Source: an uncultured Bifidobacteriaceae bacterium (lineage in GTDB: Bacteria; Actinomycetota; Actinomycetes; S36-B12). From it: a stretch of 64,000 nt of DNA. Every line of letters begins with the position of its first letter. The first letter of the stretch is position 1. The stretch covers positions 10,304-74,303 of the forward strand of contig CAZQXO010000002.1 of the NCBI GenBank assembly GCA_964597445.1. Direction: 5' to 3'. Under the pieces are notes generated by a model, which ran no database searches, was not told the DNA's origin, and was given only the letters and a program-made list of their open reading frames with translations. A program made the translations under genes and the position numbers. This document shows positions 59,122 through 64,000 of the stretch, in pieces.

Positions 59122-60153
59122 ATGGATATCGGCGTCGTTCTGCAGTGCACACCACCGGCGGCCCGGGTGGTCGACCTCGCCAAGCGGTCGGAGACCTACG
59201 GCTTCTCCTATGTGTGGACATTCGACTCCCACATCCTGTGGGAGGAGCCGTACGTGATCTACAGCAAGATCCTCGATGAGACGCGCAAGGTCATCGTCGG
59301 ACCGATGGTGACCAACCCGGCGACCCGGGACATCACCGTGACGGCCTCCGTGTTCGCCACGCTCAACGAGATGTACGGCAACCGGACGGTCATCGGCATC
59401 GGCCGAGGTGACTCTGCTGTCCGCGTCACCAACGGCAAGCCCGTCAGCGTCGCGGAGCTGCGCGAGGCCGTCGTCGACATCAAGGGCCTGGTCAACGGCG
59501 AGGCGATCGAGTACAAGGGCAACCACCTGCGCCTGCCCTGGGCGGGGGCCTCGCGCACCGACGTCTGGGTGGCGGCCTACGGGCCGAAGGTGCTCGCCCT
59601 CACCGGCGAGGTGGGCGACGGGTTCATCCTCCAGCTGGCGGATCCCTCCATCGCCGCGTGGACCATCCAGGCGGTGCGTGATGCCGCCTCGGCCGCCGGC
59701 CGGGACCCGGACGAGGTCTACATCTGCGTCGCAGCCCCCGCCTACGTCACCGACGGCTCCCCCGAGGCCCTCGCCCATGCCCGTGACCAGCTGAGGTGGT
59801 TCGGCGGCATGGTCGGCAACCACGTCGCCGACATCGTCGCGCGCTACGGCGAGAACGGCGGGGCCGTGCCCCAAGCGCTGACCGACTACATCAAGAACCG
59901 CCAGGGGTACGACTACAACGAGCACGGGCAGGCCGGGAACAGCCACACCGACTTCGTGCCCGACGACATCGTCGACCGGTTCTGCATCATCGGACCCCCG
60001 GAGGAGCACATCAGGCGCCTCGAGGAGCTGAAGGCCCTGGGCGTCGACCAGTTCGCGGTGTACCTCCAGCACGACGACAAGGACCACACCCTCGCCGCAT
60101 ACGGGGAGAAGATCATCCCGGCCGTGCAGGAGCACCTGAAGGCCAAGGAGTGA
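59122..60153 (+). CDS. Luciferase-like monooxygenase (LLM) class oxidoreductase, F420/flavin-dependent, Mer-related
   Basis: MDIGVVLQCTPPAARVVDLAKRSETYGFSYVWTFDSHILWEEPYV...GPMVTNPATRD...IGIGRGDSAVR is the TIM-barrel LLM pattern closest to methylene-H4MPT-reductase-like F420 enzymes; 343 aa. Confidence 0.82.
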   Translation: MDIGVVLQCTPPAARVVDLAKRSETYGFSYVWTFDSHILWEEPYVIYSKILDETRKVIVGPMVTNPATRDITVTASVFATLNEMYGNRTVIGIGRGDSAVRVTNGKPVSVAELREAVVDIKGLVNGEAIEYKGNHLRLPWAGASRTDVWVAAYGPKVLALTGEVGDGFILQLADPSIAAWTIQAVRDAASAAGRDPDEVYICVAAPAYVTDGSPEALAHARDQLRWFGGMVGNHVADIVARYGENGGAVPQALTDYIKNRQGYDYNEHGQAGNSHTDFVPDDIVDRFCIIGPPEEHIRRLEELKALGVDQFAVYLQHDDKDHTLAAYGEKIIPAVQEHLKAKE

Positions 60154-60186
60154 CCGCGTGGGTCACGACTTGATATCGGTTGACGT

Positions 60187-61161
60187 ATGCGCAGCAGGCA
60201 CGACATGACGCTGGGGGATCCTTCGCACGTGTCGAACCCCGCCGGACCGGTCGTCACGTCCGAGGAATCCGCGGCGGCTCGGCCCCGTCCCACCGGCACG
60301 ATCCGTCGACGCCTGCGACGAGGTGCCATCGGACTGCTGTGGGCCTTGGCCGGAGTGGTGCTCGTGGTGCTCATGTGGGAGCTCGTCAAGCTGCTCGGGA
60401 CCGCCATCGAGCTCCCCTTCCGCACGAACGACACGGCCATGCCCCATGTCTGGACGATGGTGCAGGGCTTCGGCCAGCCGGAGGTGCGGGGGTCGGACAC
60501 GACTGTCCTGCAGGCGGTTGCCCTCGCCACGCTGTACTCGCTCCTGATCGCATTCGGGGGGTTCCTGATCGGGGTCTCGATCGGCCTCCTCCTCGCGATC
60601 GTCATGCAGCGTTTCGCCTTCATGGAGCGCGGTCTCCTGCCGTTCGTGATCGCGTCCCAGACCGTCCCGCTCATCGCACTGGCCCCGCTCATCGTCGGGA
60701 TCGGCAATCGCATCAGCATCGGGCCCTTCCAGTGGGGCACGACCCAGTCGGTCATGTTCATCGCGGCCTACCTGGCCTTCTTCCCGATGAGCGTGGGCGC
60801 ACTACGCGGACTCAAGGCCCCCTCTGCGACGGCACTCGAACTCATGCGGTCCTACGCCGCAACGCCGCGCCAGATGCTCTGGAAGCTCCGCTTCCCCTCC
60901 TCCGTGCCGTACCTCGTCCCGGCCTTGAAGGTCTCCGCGGCAGCGTCCGTCGTCGGCACGGTCGTGGCGGAGATCTCCACCGGCGTGCGCGGCGGCATCG
61001 GGCGCCTCATCGTCGAGTACGCCCGAGAGGCCACGGCACAGCCCGCCAAGGTCTATGTCGCCGTGTTCGGCGCCATCCTCCTCGGCCTCATCGCCGCGGG
61101 AATCGTCGCGCTGTTCGACACCTACATCACCCGCAATCTCCCCAAGGAAGGGTCGGCATGA
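60187..61161 (+). CDS. ABC transporter permease (NitT/TauT family)
   Basis: Polytopic BPD_transp_1 protein with an EAA-like loop (ALELMRSYAATPRQMLWKLRFPSSVPYL). ATGA overlap with the ATPase gene. Confidence 0.85.
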   Translation: MRSRHDMTLGDPSHVSNPAGPVVTSEESAAARPRPTGTIRRRLRRGAIGLLWALAGVVLVVLMWELVKLLGTAIELPFRTNDTAMPHVWTMVQGFGQPEVRGSDTTVLQAVALATLYSLLIAFGGFLIGVSIGLLLAIVMQRFAFMERGLLPFVIASQTVPLIALAPLIVGIGNRISIGPFQWGTTQSVMFIAAYLAFFPMSVGALRGLKAPSATALELMRSYAATPRQMLWKLRFPSSVPYLVPALKVSAAASVVGTVVAEISTGVRGGIGRLIVEYAREATAQPAKVYVAVFGAILLGLIAAGIVALFDTYITRNLPKEGSA

Positions 61162-61994
61162 GCATGACCTCGCCCACCGGACACCCGGCCGTCAGCGCCA
61201 CGGGGGTCTGGAAGATCTTCAACGAGGGTCAGCCCAATGAGGTCACCGCCCTGCAGGACGTCACGATCGACGTCGCCGAGGGCGAGTTCGTCTCGCTCAT
61301 CGGCCCATCTGGCTGTGGCAAGAGCACCCTGCTCCGGGTCATCGCCGACCTCACCCATGCGACGCGTGGCGACATGCAGGTGGCGGGACTCTCGGCCGCT
61401 GATGCGCGCCAGCAGCAGAAGTACGGCATGGCCTTCCAGCAGGCCGCGCTCTTCGACTGGCGCACGGTGCGCCGCAACGTCGAACTCCCGCTGGAGCTCC
61501 AGGGCTGGGACAAGTCCCGTCGATCGGCGAGGGCACTGGAACTGCTCGAGATGGTGCAGCTCGCGGACTTCGCCGACCACCGCCCCTGGGAGCTCTCCGG
61601 CGGCATGCAGCAGCGGGTCGCCATCGCACGGTCCCTGGCCGTCGATCCCCCGCTCCTGCTCATGGACGAGCCCTTCGGTGCCCTGGACGAGATGACCCGG
61701 GAGCGCATGCAGAACGAGCTCCTGAGGATCCGTCGGGAGACCGGCAAGAGCATCATCTTCGTGACCCACTCGATTCCCGAGGCGGTCTACCTCTCCGACC
61801 GGGTCGTGGTGATGTCTCCCCGTCCCGGTCGCATCACGGACATCGTCCCGATCACTCTCGGCGATCGGAACGAGGACACCCGCGAGGCCGAGGCGTTCTA
61901 CGCCGGCGTGACGGCCGTGCGGGAGGCTCTCCGGGGCCATCCCCACAGGGGTTCGTCCGGCAGCGACGTTCGGGCTCGGGTGGGCGAGGTCTGA
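61158..61994 (+). CDS. ABC transporter ATP-binding protein (NitT/TauT family)
   Basis: Walker A GPSGCGKST, signature LSGGMQQRVAIARSL, Walker B LLLMDEPFGALD. Only the C-terminal 278 codons of track ORF 60180-61994 are used; the start is the ATG at 61158. Confidence 0.92.
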   Translation: MSMTSPTGHPAVSATGVWKIFNEGQPNEVTALQDVTIDVAEGEFVSLIGPSGCGKSTLLRVIADLTHATRGDMQVAGLSAADARQQQKYGMAFQQAALFDWRTVRRNVELPLELQGWDKSRRSARALELLEMVQLADFADHRPWELSGGMQQRVAIARSLAVDPPLLLMDEPFGALDEMTRERMQNELLRIRRETGKSIIFVTHSIPEAVYLSDRVVVMSPRPGRITDIVPITLGDRNEDTREAEAFYAGVTAVREALRGHPHRGSSGSDVRARVGEV

Positions 61995-61996
61995 AC

Positions 61997-62767
61997 GTGA
62001 CCCGGCGCATCAACCTCATCTGGCCACCCATCCTTGTGGGTGTCCTGTTCCTGGGTGCCTGGCAGCTGCTCGTGGTGAGTCGCGACATCCAGCCGTACCT
62101 GCTGCCTGCGCCCAGCCTCATCGGGGAGAACTTCTTCGGGAACATGGACCTGATGTGGTCCACGGCCATCTACACCGCGGTCACGGCGCTGCTCGGCCTC
62201 GTCTTCGGCACGGCTGCAGGACTCCTGGCTGCCTTCCTCGCCCAGAGATTCATCGTGGTCAACAACATGGTCACCCCCCTGGCCGCCGGACTCGCCGCCG
62301 TGCCCATCGTCGCCCTCACGCCGATCCTCAACAACATGTTCGACATCACCAGTCGAACGCCCAGGGTGCTGGTGACCGCGATCATCGTCTTCTTCCCCGT
62401 GTTCGTGAACGTCACGCGGGGCCTGGTCCAGGTGCAGCCGGTGCAGCTCGAACTCATGCGCTCGATGAGCGCCCAGCCTCGGACGGTCCTTCGGCTGCTG
62501 CGCATCCCGAACGCCATCCCCTTCTTCTTCACGGCCATGAAGATCACCGCACCCATGGCCGTGATCGCCGCCCTCGTTGCCGAGTACTTCGGAGGGCCGC
62601 AACTCGGACTTGGCAGCCGGATCGCGTCATCGGCTGCCAACACTGCCTACGGCCGAGCGTGGGCATACGTCGTCGCAGCGATCATCACGGGACTGCTGTT
62701 CTACCTGGTAGTCCTGCTGGCCGAGCGCTGGGCGGCACCGTGGACGGGTCGATCACGTTCGGCCTGA
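61997..62767 (+). CDS. ABC transporter permease (NitT/TauT family), second subunit
   Basis: Polytopic, with an EAA-like loop LELMRSMSAQPRTVLRLLRIPNAIPFF. It starts 3 nt after the ATPase stop. Confidence 0.85.
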   Translation: MTRRINLIWPPILVGVLFLGAWQLLVVSRDIQPYLLPAPSLIGENFFGNMDLMWSTAIYTAVTALLGLVFGTAAGLLAAFLAQRFIVVNNMVTPLAAGLAAVPIVALTPILNNMFDITSRTPRVLVTAIIVFFPVFVNVTRGLVQVQPVQLELMRSMSAQPRTVLRLLRIPNAIPFFFTAMKITAPMAVIAALVAEYFGGPQLGLGSRIASSAANTAYGRAWAYVVAAIITGLLFYLVVLLAERWAAPWTGRSRSA

Positions 62768-62785
62768 CAACCTAGAGGAGGAAGT

Positions 62786-64000
62786 ATGCGCAAGACCGCA
62801 CGCAGTCGATGGGTCGCCGCCACCGGCGTCGTCATCGCCGGGGCACTTGCCCTCACCGCCTGCAGCAGCGACTCAGGCTCCACGGAGGAGCCCGCCGCTT
62901 CTGCGCCGGCTGAGGAGGCCCCTGCCGAGGAGGCTCCCGCAACGGACGCCGCCGCCAGTGGTGAGTGCACCGAGCTCACACCCGTGAGCCTGCAGCTCCA
63001 GTGGTTCGCCCAGGCCCAGTTCGCCGGCTACTACGCAGCCAAGGACAAGGGCTACTACGAGGCCCAGTGCCTCGATGTCACGATCCTCGAGGGTGGCGTG
63101 GACATCGTCCCGCAGACGGCTCTCGCTCAGGGCAACACCGACTTCGCGATCGCCTGGGTTCCCAAGGCCCTCGCATCGCGGGAGCAGGGCGCCGGCATCG
63201 TGAACGTGGCGCAGGTGTTCCAGCGCTCCGGCACGCTGCAGGTCGCGTGGGCAGACTCCGGCATCACCACGCCGGCGGACTTCAAGGGCAAGAAGATCGG
63301 AAACTGGGGCTTCGGCAACGAGTTCGAGGTCTTCGCAGCCATCACCGAGGCCGGTCTCGACCCGGCCACGGATGTCGAGCTCGTGCAGCAGCAGTTCGAC
63401 ATGCAGGGCCTGCTCAACCGCGAGATCGATGCGGCTGAGGCCATGACCTACAACGAGTACGCCCAGCTGCTCGAGACGAAGAACCCCGAGACAGGTGAGC
63501 TCTACAAGCCTGAGGACTTCAACGTCATCTCCTACGAGGAGGTCGGCGTGGGCATGCTTCAGGACTCCATCTGGGCATCGGAGGAGCGCCTGGCGGATAC
63601 GGCGTATCAGGACATCACGCAGCGCTTCGTGACCGCGTCCCTCCAGGGCTGGATCCACTGCCGCGACAACGCCGAGGAGTGCGCGACCCTGGTCACGGCG
63701 GCGGGCTCCAAGCTCGGTGCCAGCCACCAGCTGTGGATGATGAACGAGGTCAACAAGCTCATCTGGCCCTCCCCGGCCGGCGTGGGCGTGATGAACCCGG
63801 ATGCCTGGGCTCAGACCGTGGCGATCTCGCTCAACACCAAGAACCTCGAGGGCTCGACGGTCATCACGGCCGAGCCGGCTGAGGGCTCTTGGACCAACCA
63901 GTACGCCGTGGCCGCGAACGAGCAGCTCACGGCCGAGGGCCTGAACACCACAGGGGATGCCTTCGCCCCGATCAGCGTCACCCTCAACGAGGGCGGCAAC
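62786..64000 (+). CDS. ABC transporter substrate-binding lipoprotein, NMT1/THI5-like (ThiY/pyrimidine-binding type); 3' end beyond the window
   Basis: Absent from the ORF track because there is no stop inside the window. I translated 405 codons by hand without a stop: MRKTARSRWVAATGVVIAGALALTACSSDSG... (lipobox LTAC), an Ala/Glu/Pro linker, then VSLQLQWFAQAQFAGYYAAKDKGYYEAQCLDVTILEGG..., typical of NMT1/THI5-like SBPs. GAGGAGGAAG SD at 62775-62784. Confidence 0.8.
   Translation, partial: MRKTARSRWVAATGVVIAGALALTACSSDSGSTEEPAASAPAEEAPAEEAPATDAAASGECTELTPVSLQLQWFAQAQFAGYYAAKDKGYYEAQCLDVTILEGGVDIVPQTALAQGNTDFAIAWVPKALASREQGAGIVNVAQVFQRSGTLQVAWADSGITTPADFKGKKIGNWGFGNEFEVFAAITEAGLDPATDVELVQQQFDMQGLLNREIDAAEAMTYNEYAQLLETKNPETGELYKPEDFNVISYEEVGVGMLQDSIWASEERLADTAYQDITQRFVTASLQGWIHCRDNAEECATLVTAAGSKLGASHQLWMMNEVNKLIWPSPAGVGVMNPDAWAQTVAISLNTKNLEGSTVITAEPAEGSWTNQYAVAANEQLTAEGLNTTGDAFAPISVTLNEGGN

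Noticed and set aside
60180-61157. First 326 codons of track ORF 60180-61994 (604 aa)
   Set aside because: They overlap the permease gene 60187-61161 out of frame and are Arg/Pro/His-rich. Only the part from the ATG at 61158 shows ABC ATPase motifs.
1-64000. Search for tRNA/rRNA genes, integrases, transposases, phage genes or known defence systems (RM, TA, CBASS, retron, etc.)
   Set aside because: No intergenic region is long enough and cloverleaf-like for a tRNA. No ORF shows recombinase, transposase, nuclease-helicase or reverse-transcriptase signatures. The two small HTH proteins are conserved syntenic housekeeping genes (clgR-like, RodZ-N-like) rather than antitoxins.

Overview
High-GC (roughly 70% G+C by eye) chromosomal segment from an Actinomycetota genome. 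CDS coordinates include the stop codon, as in the ORF track. About two thirds of the window is the conserved actinobacterial housekeeping backbone, almost all on the minus strand: recX-recA (with a perfect LexA SOS box), DUF3046, clgR-like HTH, cinA, pgsA, rimO, ftsK, rnj, dapA, thyX, dapB, M16 peptidase, pnp, rpsO, ribF, truB, rbfA, infB, ylxR, nusA, rimP, proS, ispG, M50 site-2 protease and dxr. Many gene boundaries are 1- or 4-nt start/stop overlaps. Accessory material is inserted into this backbone: a divergent MMPL/TetR pair at the left edge, a sulfotransferase wedged between DUF3046 and recA, and a ~5.8 kb block between thyX and dapB. That block holds a GNAT, a NarL-type response regulator, an unusually long two-module sensor kinase, azlCD and two small membrane proteins. 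The right third (40-64 kb) is a nitrogen-compound catabolic island. It contains a divergent PucR regulator and gabT, and a ~10 kb minus-strand polyamine uptake/oxidation operon (aldehyde DH, two PotD/F-like binding proteins around one PotABC set, DAO-type FAD oxidoreductase, saccharopine-DH-like enzyme). A MocR/GntR-aminotransferase regulator faces a reductive pyrimidine-catabolism cluster: beta-ureidopropionase-type CN hydrolase, dihydropyrimidinase, mmsA, a luciferase-like (LLM) oxidoreductase and a NitT/TauT-type ABC importer that runs off the right edge. I saw no rRNA, tRNA, CRISPR, transposase, integrase or recognisable defence system. The most anomalous sequence is a ~160 nt, almost pure G/C homopolymer-rich in-frame segment (including a 23-nt poly-G) inside mmsA. 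The best candidate for undescribed biology is the pyrimidine cluster, which lacks a canonical dihydropyrimidine dehydrogenase and carries an LLM oxidoreductase instead. All family calls come from motif and pattern recognition on the translations plus synteny; no database search was possible.
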